Of a stretch of DNA of 64,000 nt, positions 27,632 to 37,587 are shown one piece after another. How positions within the stretch are numbered: position 1 is the stretch's first letter; each line of letters begins with the position of its first letter. The DNA lies in assembly GCA_963836205.1 (NCBI GenBank), contig CAWIIV010000015.1:128001-192000 (forward strand). The letters are read 5' to 3'. Position numbers and translations under genes: made by a program. The notes beneath the pieces are model-generated. The model was not told where the DNA came from, did not search any database, and worked only from the letters and a program-made list of their open reading frames with translations. The DNA is from an uncultured Acidimicrobiia bacterium (GTDB taxonomy: Bacteria > Actinomycetota > Acidimicrobiia > Acidimicrobiales > AC-14).

Positions 27632-28980
27632 CGACGCACGCGGAACTTCAACGGCGTGGGACCGAACCCGAAGTGCTCCCGGATCCGCCGTTCGAGGAAG
27701 CGGATGTAGGGCGCGGGCAGGTCGCGGGTGGTGAAGAGGATGAACGTGGGCGGGTCGGTGGTGCCCTGCGTCGCGTACATGATCTTGCCCTGCGGTGCCG
27801 GCTGCTGGGCCTGGGCCGCCTGGATGACCTGGTTGAGCTCGCGGGTGGGCACCCGCCGGTGGTAGGCCTCGATGGCCTCGTCGAGGGCGGGCAGCAGCTT
27901 GTGGACGCCCTTGCCCGACAGGGCGCTCATCTTGAGCACCGGGGCGTAGCCGAGGAACGACAGCCGGTCCTCGACCCCGGCCACCACCTCCAGCCGGCGC
28001 TCGGGGCCCTTGCCGTCCGCCTTCCCTTCCGGGGCGTCGAGCAGGTCCCACTTGTTGAGGACGATCACCACCGGGCTGCCGGCGGCGTCGATGCGCTCGG
28101 CCAGGCGTTGGTCCTGGTGGGTGACGCCTTCGGTGGAGTCGATCACGAGGAGGGCGGCGTCGGCCTCGTCGATGGCCTGGAGGGCCCGGACCAGCGAGTA
28201 GTACTCGGCCCCTTCGCCGATGCGGTTCTTGCGGCGCATGCCGGCGGTGTCGATGAACCGGATGGGTCCCTCGTCGGTCTCGACGACGGTGTCGATGGTG
28301 TCGCGGGTGGTGCCGGGCAGGTCGTGGACGATCGACCGCTCGGAGCCGATCAGGCGGTTGAACAGGGTGGACTTGCCCACGTTGGGGCGGCCGACGATGG
28401 CCACGCCGGGGACCTTGGCCTTGCCGTCGGTGCCGGGCTCGGGCGGGGGGGCGACGGGCTCGGCCGGCAGGGCGCCGACCACCGCGTCGAGCAGCTCGCC
28501 GCTCATGCGGCCGTGGATGGCGCTGACCGGGTAGGGGTCGCCCAGGCCCAGGCTGGCGAAGGCCCAGGCGTCGGACTCGCGGGCGGCGCCGTCGACCTTG
28601 TTGGCCACCACCAGCACCGGCCGTCCGGAGCGGCGCAGGATGTCGGCCACGCGGTCGTCCTCGTCGGTGACGCCCACGGTGGTGTCGAGCACGAACAGCA
28701 CCACGTCGGCCGTCTTCATGGCCTTCTCCGCCTGCCGGCTGACCTGCTCGTCGAGGGCGTCGCCGCCCGTCAGCCACCCGCCGGTGTCGACGATGAGGAA
28801 GTCGCGGCCGGCCCAGTCGGCCTCCACCTCCTTGCGGTCGCGGGTGACCCCCGGGCGCTCCTCGACGATGGTCTCCCGGCGGCCGACGATGCGGTTGACC
28901 AGGGTGGACTTGCCCACGTTGGGCCGTCCGACGACGGCGACCATGGGTAGGCGGGCGGTGGGCCGCACCTGGGTGGTCAT
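27622..28980 (-). CDS. der: Ribosome biogenesis GTPase Der (EngA)
   Basis: Two GRPNVGKSTL G-domains, DTGG/DTAG, NKVD/NKWD and a KH-like C-terminus. Confidence 0.96.
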   Translation of the reverse strand: MTTQVRPTARLPMVAVVGRPNVGKSTLVNRIVGRRETIVEERPGVTRDRKEVEADWAGRDFLIVDTGGWLTGGDALDEQVSRQAEKAMKTADVVLFVLDTTVGVTDEDDRVADILRRSGRPVLVVANKVDGAARESDAWAFASLGLGDPYPVSAIHGRMSGELLDAVVGALPAEPVAPPPEPGTDGKAKVPGVAIVGRPNVGKSTLFNRLIGSERSIVHDLPGTTRDTIDTVVETDEGPIRFIDTAGMRRKNRIGEGAEYYSLVRALQAIDEADAALLVIDSTEGVTHQDQRLAERIDAAGSPVVIVLNKWDLLDAPEGKADGKGPERRLEVVAGVEDRLSFLGYAPVLKMSALSGKGVHKLLPALDEAIEAYHRRVPTRELNQVIQAAQAQQPAPQGKIMYATQGTTDPPTFILFTTRDLPAPYIRFLERRIREHFGFGPTPLKFRVRRRN

Positions 28981-30330
28981 CGGCGGGCGAGGGCCCTGCG
29001 GAGGGACACGCCGTCGGTGGGGACGATCTCGACCGGCCGGGGGAGGTCGCCCGGGCTGGTGCCGTCGAGGAAGAGGCCGTTGGACAGGCAGACGTCGGGG
29101 AGGAGGTAGCGGTGGCCCTCGGGCTGCTCGGCGAGGGTGCGGGACACGTCCTCCCCCACCAGGAGTCCGGTGACGCCGATGTTGCCGCCGAAGAACCGGT
29201 TCTCGACGGGTACGACCCGGACGCCGTCGTAGCCGGCGAGGAGGGGCGTGAGGACGCGGGCGCCGTAGTCGCCGGTGAGGACCGCGATCGGGGCGCCGGA
29301 GCGGGGTCGGAGGGTGACCGATCCCGGCGCCCGGGGCGCTCGGTAGCCCTCGGGAGGGGCACCGTCGACCCAGGCGAAGAAGCCGGGTTGGACGCCGACA
29401 CCCTCTTGGGTATGGCCCGTGAGCTCGAGCTCGAACACCCGGGCCATGCCCACCCCGTCCTCGTGCATGGGGAAGCCCTCGTAGGCGTCGGGCTCGGGGA
29501 ACGGGCGTGTCGGCCAGCAGGTAGTACTCGTCGGCGGCGAAGGCGACCCGCCGGCCGAGGACGGCGAGGAACACCGACTGCCAGTCCTCCACCAGGTCGA
29601 CGACGGCGGCCGCCTCCTCCGGGGTGTGGGCCCGCATCGAGCCCTCGTTGGAGTACCGGCTCACGCCCAGGGGGACGACGCAGACGGTGGCCAGCTCCGG
29701 GTACTGGTCGAGGACGCCGGCCATGGTGTCGTCGAGGATGGCCCCGTCGTTGACGCCGGGGCACACCACCACCTGGCCGTGGACCTCGATGCCGGCGTCG
29801 AGCAGGGCCCGCAGCCACCGCAGGCTGGTGGCACCCCGCCGGTTGCGCAGCATCCGGGACCGCACCTCGGGGTCGGTGGCGTGGATGCTCACGTTGATCG
29901 GGCTGAGGCGCTCGGTGATCACCCGCTCGAGGTCGAGCTCGGTGAAGCGGGTGAGGGTGGTGTAGTTGCCGTAGAGGAACGAGAGGCGGTAGTCGTCGTC
30001 CTTCACGTACAGGCTGGGGCGCAGGCCCTTGGGCAGCTGGTAGATGAAGCAGAACTCGCAGTGGTTGTCGCACGTGCGTACCTGGTCGAACAGGGCGGAG
30101 GACACCTCCGCGCCGAGGGCCGCCCCCTCCGCCTTGGGCACGGCCATGCTCATGGACAGGCCGCCCCGGCGCACGTCGAGCTCAAGGTCGGCCTCGTCGG
30201 CCAGCAGCCGCCACTCGATCACGTCACGGGGAGCGCGCCCGTCGATGGCGAGGACCTCGTCGCCCGGCAGGAGGCCCGCCCTGGCGGCCGGCGATCCGGG
30301 CGCGACGGCAACGACGACGGGCACGGACAT
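28977..30330 (-). CDS. DUF512 protein (PDZ plus Fe-S/radical SAM-like); frameshift at ~29503
   Basis: PDZ GSPAARAGL; CDNHCEFCFIYQLP, DDDYRLSFLYGNY; C-terminal EDGVG..NRFFGGNIGVTGLL is in another frame. Confidence 0.85.
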
Positions 30331-30386
30331 GCTTCAAGGATAGGGCCGATCGGCCCGTGTTCCGACGGGCGTCCCGGGCGCGGGGG

Positions 30387-30438
30387 CGAACCGGTGACGG
30401 AAATGGGTCCTCTGGCCACCGGAAGTGTCACCGGTTCG
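30387..30438. repeat. 52-bp palindromic interspersed element (REP/MITE-like)
   Basis: Terminal inverted repeats CGAACCGGTGAC...GTCACCGGTTCG; similar to the reverse complement of the units at 41457-41576. Confidence 0.7.
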
Positions 30439-30495
30439 GGGGGGCGGGGGCGGGGGGCGCGACAACTCGGCCCGACGCGGCCTAGCCTGGGTTCC

Positions 30496-31536
30496 ATGGC
30501 CGTCGATCGGGTGCTGCTGGCCGCGCCGCGGGGGTTCTGCGCGGGTGTGGAGATGGCGATCAAGGCGCTGGCGTGGATGGTGCGGGTCTTCGAGCCGCCC
30601 GTCTACTGCTTCCACGAGATCGTCCACAACCAGTTGGTTGTCGACCGCTTCCGGCGGCTGGGCGTGGTGTTCGTCGACGACGTGGCCGACGTGCCCGACG
30701 GCGCCCCCCTCATGCTCAGCGCCCACGGGTCGGCCCCCGAGGTGGTGGCCGCGGCCCGGGCTCGCACCGGGGGATTCGTCGTCGACGCGGTCTGCCCCCT
30801 GGTCACCAAGGTCCACCACGAGGTGAAGGTGCGGGCGGGCAAGGGGTATTCGATCGTCTACGTCGGCCACGACGGCCACGACGAGGCGGTGGGCACGATG
30901 GCCGTGGCCCCGTCGGCGATCCACCTGGTGGAGTCACAGGCCGACGTCGACGCCATGCCCGACCCCGGCGGCCCGGTCGCCCTCCTGGCCCAGACCACCC
31001 TCAGCCACCACGACTGGGCCGACGTGCTGGAGGCCACCCGCGCCCGCTTCCCCGAGCTGTGGATGCCCTCCCGCAGCGACCTGTGCTTCGCCACCACCAA
31101 CCGCCAGTCGGCCCTCACCGAGATCGCCCGCAGCGCCGACGCCATCGTCGTGATCGGGTCGGCCAACTCGTCGAACACCGTCGCCCTGGCCAAGGTGGCC
31201 ACCGCCGCCGGCTGCCCCCGGGTCTACCGGGTCAACAAGGCCGACGAGCTGCCCGACGACCTCTCCGGCGTGGTGGGGGTGACGGCGGGGGCGTCGGCGC
31301 CCGAGGAGCTGGTGCGGGCCGTCATCGACCGGCTGGCCCCGGAGAACGGCGTCGAGCTGGTGTCGGTGACCGACGAGGACGAGTACTTCCCCCCTCCCCG
31401 GGAGCTGCGCGAGCTCATGCACGCCCTCGACGTAGTGGTGAGCGTCACCCTCGGGGCGGCGGCCCCGGCCAACTCCCCGTTCGTCGACGACCGGGTGGTG
31501 GCGGCCAGCGACGTCCTCGACGCCCTGGCCACCTGA
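30496..31536 (+). CDS. ispH: 4-hydroxy-3-methylbut-2-enyl diphosphate reductase
   Basis: LAAPRGFCAGV, IVHN, SAHG, DAVCPLVTKVH, QTTLS, CFATTNRQ, SSN, GVTAGASAPE. Confidence 0.96.
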   Translation: MAVDRVLLAAPRGFCAGVEMAIKALAWMVRVFEPPVYCFHEIVHNQLVVDRFRRLGVVFVDDVADVPDGAPLMLSAHGSAPEVVAAARARTGGFVVDAVCPLVTKVHHEVKVRAGKGYSIVYVGHDGHDEAVGTMAVAPSAIHLVESQADVDAMPDPGGPVALLAQTTLSHHDWADVLEATRARFPELWMPSRSDLCFATTNRQSALTEIARSADAIVVIGSANSSNTVALAKVATAAGCPRVYRVNKADELPDDLSGVVGVTAGASAPEELVRAVIDRLAPENGVELVSVTDEDEYFPPPRELRELMHALDVVVSVTLGAAAPANSPFVDDRVVAASDVLDALAT

Positions 31537-31540
31537 CCGG

Positions 31541-32299
31541 TCAGACCACCGCGAACGGCGCCGTCGCCACCACCGGCGGCCCGTCGAACGACCAGGTCAC
31601 CTTGGCCACATAGCTGCCGGCGACCCCTTGGCTCCACTGGACGGGCTGGGTCAGCGTCTGGCCGGGGGCGAACGCAGTGTCCTGGAAGGCGTCGGCGATG
31701 AGGCCGCTGCCGGGCACGACCGGGTTGCCGTTGGAGTCGTTGACCTCCTGGGTCGCCGAGTAGCTGAAGTAGTAGCAGGGCGCCCCCGACGTGTTCCGGA
31801 GCACGGCCGTGCCGCTCACCGGCTGGCCGGCGACGAAGGTGGCCGGCATCGTCAGTGTCGCCTGCATCACGGCCGGGCCGCAGCGGGGCTGCATGGGGCC
31901 GGGGATGGTGGTCTCGGGGACGGCCGCCGGCGGGGTGGTGGCGACGGTGGTCTCCGGCGCCGCGAGGGCAACAGTGGTCGTCACCGGAACCAGGGTGGTG
32001 GCGGTGGGCGCCTCCACCGTGGTGCTGGGGGCGTCGACCGCGAAGAGGGTGCCGCCGGTGGCCGGGGCCGCGGTGACGGTGGTGGTTGCCCGGCTGCCCG
32101 CCGCCAGCTGGGTGGTGGGCTCGTCGCCCGGACCGACCACGGAGACGACGCCGGCCACCGCCACGAGGAGGGCGAGGCCGCTCCCGACACCGCCTGCCAG
32201 CCGCCGGCGGCGGCGGATGCGCTCGCCCCGGCGCACAACGTCGCCCAGCAGCTCGTCGCGCGAGCGGTTCGGGGCTACGTCGTCATGATTCCAGGCCAA
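31541..32299 (-). CDS. Putative single-pass anti-sigma factor with Thr/Pro-rich linker and extracellular Cys-containing domain
   Basis: VVRRGERIRRRRR then a TM helix; overlaps the 3' end of the ECF sigma gene; start approximate. Confidence 0.65.
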   Translation of the reverse strand: MAWNHDDVAPNRSRDELLGDVVRRGERIRRRRRLAGGVGSGLALLVAVAGVVSVVGPGDEPTTQLAAGSRATTTVTAAPATGGTLFAVDAPSTTVEAPTATTLVPVTTTVALAAPETTVATTPPAAVPETTIPGPMQPRCGPAVMQATLTMPATFVAGQPVSGTAVLRNTSGAPCYYFSYSATQEVNDSNGNPVVPGSGLIADAFQDTAFAPGQTLTQPVQWSQGVAGSYVAKVTWSFDGPPVVATAPFAVV

Positions 32300-32798
32300 C
32301 GGGGACCACCTCTTCCATGCCGGGACCGAGGCGTGAGCGCAGGGCGCCCAGACCACGGTGGATGTGGGTCTTGACACTGCCCACCGAGATGCCGAGGGCG
32401 ACGGCGACCTCGCCGTCGGAGAGGTCGCCCAGGTATCGGAGGGCGACCGCCTGGCGCTGGCGGCGGGGCAGGGAACCGAGGGCCGCCACCAGGGCGACGC
32501 GGAGCACGACCAGGTCCTCGGCGTCGGGGCCGGCGGCCACGGGGAGGGCGATCACGTCGGGATGACGGCGGACCCGGTCGACGGCCAGGTTGGCGGCCAC
32601 CCGCAACACCCACCCGTCGCGGTATTCGAGGGTGGAGACCCGGGGCCAGTGGGCGTAGGTGCGGGCCAGGGCCTCGGCCGCGATGTCCTCGGCCACGTCG
32701 GTGTCGCCGACCAAACGGCGGGCCAACTTGAAGGCGCGGGGGAACAGCTCGTCGAATGCCTGCTCGAATCCTTCGTGTATCGCCGTCGCCCCGGTCAC
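32283..32798 (-). CDS. ECF sigma factor (SigE/sigma-24-like)
   Basis: AEDIAAEALARTY, GWVLRVAANL, LPRRQRQAVALRY, LGISVGSVKTHIHRGL. Confidence 0.9.
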   Translation of the reverse strand: MTGATAIHEGFEQAFDELFPRAFKLARRLVGDTDVAEDIAAEALARTYAHWPRVSTLEYRDGWVLRVAANLAVDRVRRHPDVIALPVAAGPDAEDLVVLRVALVAALGSLPRRQRQAVALRYLGDLSDGEVAVALGISVGSVKTHIHRGLGALRSRLGPGMEEVVPVGLES

Positions 32799-32801
32799 AA
32801 A

Positions 32802-33545
32802 CTAGGAAACGTCTGGCGGCGGCGTTTCGTTGACACGATGTTGAGATTCCTTCGAGCGGATCTCGCGGCGGCCCTCGGCCTCGTCCAGCAGCCGTTGCAG
32901 CTCCCGTTGGAGGGCGTGGGTGAGCTCGTGGGTGGCCTTGCGGGACGGGTGGCGCCGGCCCTCGGGCAGGGGCGCCGGGTACAGCGGCGGGCCGACGATC
33001 ACCCGCACCTTCACCGGACGGGGGATGCGGGCTCCCTTGGGCATCGACCGCTCGGTGCCACCGACGCCGACAGGGACGATCGGCACGCCTGCCCGGCTGG
33101 CGACGTGGGCCGCCCCGTCGTACAGCTCCTCCACCACCGGCCCCGACCGGCGGGTGCCCTCGGGGAAGAGGACGAGCCCGTCTCCCTCGCCCAGGACCTC
33201 GACCGTGCGGCGCAGGGCCTCGCGGTCGACCTTCCCCCGGGCCACCGGGTAGGCGCCCATGGCGGCGATGATCCGCCCGAACCACGGGTACTTCCAGAGC
33301 GATTCCTTGCCCATGAACCGCATCCGCCGCTTGGTGACGACCGACATGAGGGCGAAGTCGAGGTTGGAGCGGTGGACGGGGGCGAGGACGAACGCGCCGG
33401 TGGTGGGCACGTTGTCGAGGCCCTCGTAGGAGGCCCGGAAGTAGAGCCGGCTGAGCACCGACGTCGCGTTGCGGACGATCCAGTACAGGACCAGCCCGAT
33501 CATCCGCATGGTGCTCGGACGCTTCCACCGGCGCAGGCGTTTCAC
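32802..33545 (-). CDS. plsC: 1-acyl-sn-glycerol-3-phosphate acyltransferase
   Basis: PVHRSNLD, FMGKESL, LFPEGTR, VPIVPV; GTGA overlap with cmk. Confidence 0.85.
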   Translation of the reverse strand: MKRLRRWKRPSTMRMIGLVLYWIVRNATSVLSRLYFRASYEGLDNVPTTGAFVLAPVHRSNLDFALMSVVTKRRMRFMGKESLWKYPWFGRIIAAMGAYPVARGKVDREALRRTVEVLGEGDGLVLFPEGTRRSGPVVEELYDGAAHVASRAGVPIVPVGVGGTERSMPKGARIPRPVKVRVIVGPPLYPAPLPEGRRHPSRKATHELTHALQRELQRLLDEAEGRREIRSKESQHRVNETPPPDVS

Positions 33546-34166
33546 CGGAGAAGGCCCACGATCTCGTCGACCACCTCGTCGACGCTCCGTCCGGTGCTGT
33601 CGATCACCACCGCCCCGTCCGGCACCACCAGCGGCGACACGGCCCGGGTGGAGTCGAGGCGGTCGCGGCGACGGACGTCGTCGGCGTCCTCGTCCGACCG
33701 GCGCTTGGCCCGCTCCTCCGGGCGTGGCCGTCAGGAACACCTTGAGCTCGGCGTCGGGGAAGACCACGCTGCCGATGTCGCGGCCCTCCACCACCGCCCC
33801 CCCGTGGTCCTCGACCCACCGGCGTTGCAGGTCGACCAGCCGGGCCCGCACCTCGGGTACGGCCGCCACCGCGCTCACCAGGCGGCCCACCCAGGGGGTG
33901 CGCATCTCGTCGGTGACGTCCTCCCCGTCGACCAGCACCCGCTCCCCCACCATCCGGAGGTCGATCGCGTCCGCCACCCGGGCCAGGTCGGCCGGTTCGA
34001 GGTCGGGGCCGATCTCGCCCGCCTCGCACCGGCGGAGGACCCCCACCGCCACCGCCCGGTACATCCCTCCCGTCTCCAGGCAGTCGAGACCCAGGCGGCC
34101 GGCGACGGCCCGGGCCACAGTGGACTTTCCGGAGCCCACCGGCCCGTCGATCGCGATCACACGCAT
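33542..34166 (-). CDS. cmk: Cytidylate kinase; frameshift at ~33720
   Basis: IAIDGPVGSGKSTVA, VEGRDIGSVVFPDAELKVFLTA; C-terminal RRDRLDSTRAVSPL..IDST is in a shifted frame. Confidence 0.88.
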
Positions 34167-35413
34167 CGGCGGAGATCATCCTCGAAGCCGGGATAGCTGG
34201 TGGCCACCGCGTCCCAACCGTCGACGACGGTGTCGCCGGCGGCGGCCATGGCGGCCACGGCCATCGCCATGGCCACCCGGTGGTCGCCGTGGGACCGGAC
34301 GTGACCGCCGTGGAGGCCGCCGCCTCCCGTGCCGGTACCGGTCACCGTGAGGCCGTCGTCGGTGGGCTCGACCTTGCCCCCGAGGGCCGACAGCTCGCTG
34401 GTCACGGTGGCCAACCGGTCGCTCTCCTTCACCCGCAGCTCGCCCGCCCCCCGGAAGGTGGTGGTGCCCTCGGCCACGGCCGCGGCCACGGCCAGCACGG
34501 GGATCTCGTCGATCAGGCCCGGGATCTGGTGGCCCTCGACGTCGGTGCCGTGGAGGTCGGGCGAGTAGCGGGCCCGGAGCGACCGCTCCCCCACCCGCTC
34601 GACATCGGCGCCCATGGCGACCAGCACGTCGAGGAACCCGGCCCGGGCCGGACCGAGGTACACGTCGTCGATGACCAGCTCACTGCCGGGGACGATGCAC
34701 GCCGCCACCACCCAGAAGGCGGCCTGGGACGGGTCGCCGGGGACGTCGAGCTCGAACGGGTGGAGGGCCGACGGCCGCAGGCGGACGATGCCGTCGGCCA
34801 CCTCGATGTCGGCGCCGGCCGCGTCCAGCATCTCCTCGGAATGAGCCCGGGTCGGCGTCGACTCCCGCACGACCGTCTCCCCCTCCGCGCTCAAGGCGGC
34901 CAGCAGGATGGCCGCCTTGACCTGGGCGCTGGCCACCGGCATCTGATAGTCGATGCCGTGGAGGCCGCCGCCCCGCACCGTGATCGGCGGCAGGCGCCCG
35001 CCGTCGCTCCCCTCGACCGTGGCCCCCATCAGCCGGAGGGGCTCGGCCACCCGGTCCATCGGCCGGCGGGCGATGGACTCGTCCCCCGAGAGCACCGTCA
35101 CCCAGTCGAAGCCGGCGCACAACCCGGCCAGGAGGCGGATGGTGGTGCCCGAGTTGCCGACGTCGAGCACCCCCGAGGGCTCGTGCAGCCGGGACCGCCC
35201 GCCCGTGACCAGGTGACCGTCGACCACCGCCCCCAGTGCCTGGACCGCGGCCGCGGTGCCGGCCACGTCGGCACCGGGCGAGAGTCCCCGCACCACGGAG
35301 ATTCCCTCGGCGAGGGCGGCCAGGATGAGCGCCCGATGGGAGATCGACTTGTCGCCGGGAACCCGCACCTGTCCCCGCAGCGGCCGTCCCCCCTCGATGC
35401 GGAGGCTGGTCAC
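34157..35413 (-). CDS. aroA: EPSP synthase (class II)
   Basis: PGDKSISHRA, GNSGTT, RRPMDRV, SAQVK, PGDPS, IDEIP, LRVKESDR, DHRVAM. Confidence 0.95.
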   Translation of the reverse strand: MTSLRIEGGRPLRGQVRVPGDKSISHRALILAALAEGISVVRGLSPGADVAGTAAAVQALGAVVDGHLVTGGRSRLHEPSGVLDVGNSGTTIRLLAGLCAGFDWVTVLSGDESIARRPMDRVAEPLRLMGATVEGSDGGRLPPITVRGGGLHGIDYQMPVASAQVKAAILLAALSAEGETVVRESTPTRAHSEEMLDAAGADIEVADGIVRLRPSALHPFELDVPGDPSQAAFWVVAACIVPGSELVIDDVYLGPARAGFLDVLVAMGADVERVGERSLRARYSPDLHGTDVEGHQIPGLIDEIPVLAVAAAVAEGTTTFRGAGELRVKESDRLATVTSELSALGGKVEPTDDGLTVTGTGTGGGGLHGGHVRSHGDHRVAMAMAVAAMAAAGDTVVDGWDAVATSYPGFEDDLRRCV

Positions 35414-36468
35414 GCGAGGGCCCGCCACGACGGCCGGAAGCCCCGATCGGTGAGGGCGGCCCGCACGTCGTCCACCGCCTCCCGGCGTACGACCATCACC
35501 AGCACGCCCTGGGGCCCCTCGACCGAGTGGGCGATCTCCAGGTCGACGATGTTGACGCCCATCTCGCCCAGCAGGGTGGTGACCTCGGCCAGGACTCCCG
35601 GGCGGTCGGGGACGGGCACCCGCACCTCGGCCAGGTCGTCGGGCACCGGCACCCGGGCGGGCAGGTTCACCCGGGCCGCCCGGGCCCGTTCCAGCTCCAC
35701 CAGGAGGCCGTCGCGGTCGCCCGTGGCCACCAGGTCGCGCATGCCGGCCAGGGCCGCCAGCAGGCGGTCGAGGGAGGCCACGATGGCGTCGCGGTTCTCG
35801 GCGCAGATGTCGGGCCAGATGGCGGGCGAGCCGGCGGCCACCCGGGTCATGTCGCGGAACCCGCCCGCGGCCAGCCGGAGGACGGCCGCGTGCTCCTCCC
35901 CCCGGTCGGCGGCCAGGGCCATGAGGGTGGCCGCGGTCAGGTGGGGGACGTGGGAGACGAGCGCCACCAGCTCGTCGTGGCGCTCGGGCGGGAGGGCGAC
36001 CACGTCGGCACCCAGGGACGTGACGACGGAGCGGACGCGGGCGAAAGCGTTGGGGTCGGTGTCGACGGTGGGCGTGAGGACCCATGTGGCCCCCTCGAAG
36101 AGGCCGGCGTCGGCCCCGTCGACCCCTTCCTGCTCGGAGCCGGCCATCGGGTGCCCGCCCACGAACCGGGGGTCGGCGACCGCCGCCGCCAACGGCCCCT
36201 TCACGCTCCCGACGTCGGTGACCAGCCCGCTGCCGGCCGCCAGGGCCGCTCGCGCCTCGCCGGGGATGGATGACACCGGCGTGCACACGAAGGTCACGTC
36301 GGCGTCGGGGTCGTCGCCCACCGCGTCGAGGGCGCCGAGGACGAGCGCCCGCTCCGCCCGCTCCTGGTTGGCGTCGCGGCCCGTCACGTGCCATCCCCGG
36401 GCTCGTAGGGCCAAGCCGATGGAGCCGCCGATGAGCCCCGTCCCGATCACGACCGCCCGGTCGGTCAC
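35410..36468 (-). CDS. tyrA: Prephenate/arogenate dehydrogenase with ACT domain
   Basis: GTGLIGGS, TDVGSVK, GGHPMAGSE, HD..VSHVPH, GFRDMTRVA; ACT motif PDRPGVLA. Confidence 0.92.
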   Translation of the reverse strand: MTDRAVVIGTGLIGGSIGLALRARGWHVTGRDANQERAERALVLGALDAVGDDPDADVTFVCTPVSSIPGEARAALAAGSGLVTDVGSVKGPLAAAVADPRFVGGHPMAGSEQEGVDGADAGLFEGATWVLTPTVDTDPNAFARVRSVVTSLGADVVALPPERHDELVALVSHVPHLTAATLMALAADRGEEHAAVLRLAAGGFRDMTRVAAGSPAIWPDICAENRDAIVASLDRLLAALAGMRDLVATGDRDGLLVELERARAARVNLPARVPVPDDLAEVRVPVPDRPGVLAEVTTLLGEMGVNIVDLEIAHSVEGPQGVLVMVVRREAVDDVRAALTDRGFRPSWRALA

Positions 36469-36833
36469 ACCGGCAGGTCGTCGTTCAGACCGGCCGCCCC
36501 CTCCAGGTAGACGTGGCGCAGCTCCGACCGCGGCCGCTCGGTGGACAGGTGCATGAGGACCCGGATGCACCGGGGGGTGCCGTGGGGGACGCTCAGCTCC
36601 CGGGCCGAGAGAAGGGGGACGTCGCCCAGCCCCATGAGCCGGGCCGGGGTGGCGGGGAAGGTAGCGGTGAGGTCGTCGGTGGCGGTGAAGAGGATGCTGA
36701 TCAGGTCGTCCTTGTCCACCTGGTTGCGGGTGATCATCTCCGTGATGAGGGTCTGGACGGCCTTGGTGATGGCCGCCTCGGTGTCGGACTCGACCGTGGT
36801 CGCGCCCCGCAGAGCTCGAACCGCAGCAGGCAT
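36465..36833 (-). CDS. aroH: Chorismate mutase (AroH class)
   Basis: VRALRGATT, FTATDDL..FPA, CIRVLM, HVYLEGA. Confidence 0.93.
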   Translation of the reverse strand: MPAAVRALRGATTVESDTEAAITKAVQTLITEMITRNQVDKDDLISILFTATDDLTATFPATPARLMGLGDVPLLSARELSVPHGTPRCIRVLMHLSTERPRSELRHVYLEGAAGLNDDLPV

Positions 36834-36926
36834 GGGACGAATGTACCTGCGCTGGGCACCGGTGGGGGCGGTCGGAGACGTCCCGACGATGTAGTCGGCG
36901 ACGCGGTGACTATGTACTATGAGGGC

Positions 36927-37160
36927 GTGAAGACGATCACCATCACCATCCCGGAGGATCTCGACGACCGGGCCGCGTCCGAGGCGCGAAGGCGTGGGAT
37001 CTCGAAGTCCGAGTTGATCAGGCGAGGCCTCGACGCGGTTCTCCCCGCGGTGCCGGCGGGGCAGCCGGACGACGACCCGTGGCGCACGCTCGCGGGATTC
37101 GGGAGCCCGGGCACCTCGGTCGGGCCGGGTGAGATCGACCAGGTCGTCTACGGCGGTTGA
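36927..37160 (+). CDS. vapB: Ribbon-helix-helix (CopG-like) antitoxin
   Basis: KTITITIPEDL..EARRRGISKSELIRRGL; overlaps the PIN gene; TACTAT 6 nt upstream. Confidence 0.8.
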   Translation: MKTITITIPEDLDDRAASEARRRGISKSELIRRGLDAVLPAVPAGQPDDDPWRTLAGFGSPGTSVGPGEIDQVVYGG

Positions 37161-37573
37161 AGTTCGCAGACACAGGGTGGTGGGTGGCCTGGACCCTCCC
37201 GCACGACGGTCGCCACGGTGACGCCATCGGGATGCTGGTGACGGTTGGGCGTACAGAACAGGTGATCACCACCAACCTCGTCGTCGGTGAGACTTGGACG
37301 TTCCTCCGACGTAAGGACAGCCACCGGACGGCCCTGGCGTTCGTCGACCGCGTCGAGGCCCTCAGGGCCGACGGACGCCTGGTGGTGCACCGGGTCACCG
37401 AGGAGCAGGAGGCGGCGGCCTGGGACTGGCTCCGACGGCACGACGAACGCGTCTACTCCTTCGTGGACTCCACGAGTTTCCGGGTGATGCGCGACCGTCG
37501 ACTCCGGGAGGCGCTCGCCTTCGACCACGATTTCCTGGCCGCCGGCTTTCTGGAGGTGCGAGGGCGATCCTGA
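37157..37573 (+). CDS. vapC: PIN-domain ribonuclease toxin
   Basis: FADTG, VVGETWT, YSFVDSTSF..M, ALAFDHDF acidic PIN residues. Confidence 0.88.
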   Translation: MKFADTGWWVAWTLPHDGRHGDAIGMLVTVGRTEQVITTNLVVGETWTFLRRKDSHRTALAFVDRVEALRADGRLVVHRVTEEQEAAAWDWLRRHDERVYSFVDSTSFRVMRDRRLREALAFDHDFLAAGFLEVRGRS

Positions 37574-37587
37574 GCGGCGGGCGGCGG

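Noticed and set aside
27622-30330. 902-aa DUF512-Der fusion in the ORF track
   Set aside because: Created by the +1 frameshift at ~29503. The true DUF512 C-terminus is ORF 28977..29468, which ends in an ATGA overlap with der.
29490-33730. Programmed ribosomal frameshifting in cmk or DUF512
   Set aside because: No slippery heptamer; single extra bases in short homopolymers fit sequencing error.
32802-34166. 454-aa Cmk-PlsC fusion
   Set aside because: Artefact of the frameshift at ~33720; the Cmk C-terminus continues in another frame to a stop at 33542.
36892-36912. TAGTC-N11-GACTA inverted repeat as VapB operator
   Set aside because: Only 5-bp arms; too weak to call.
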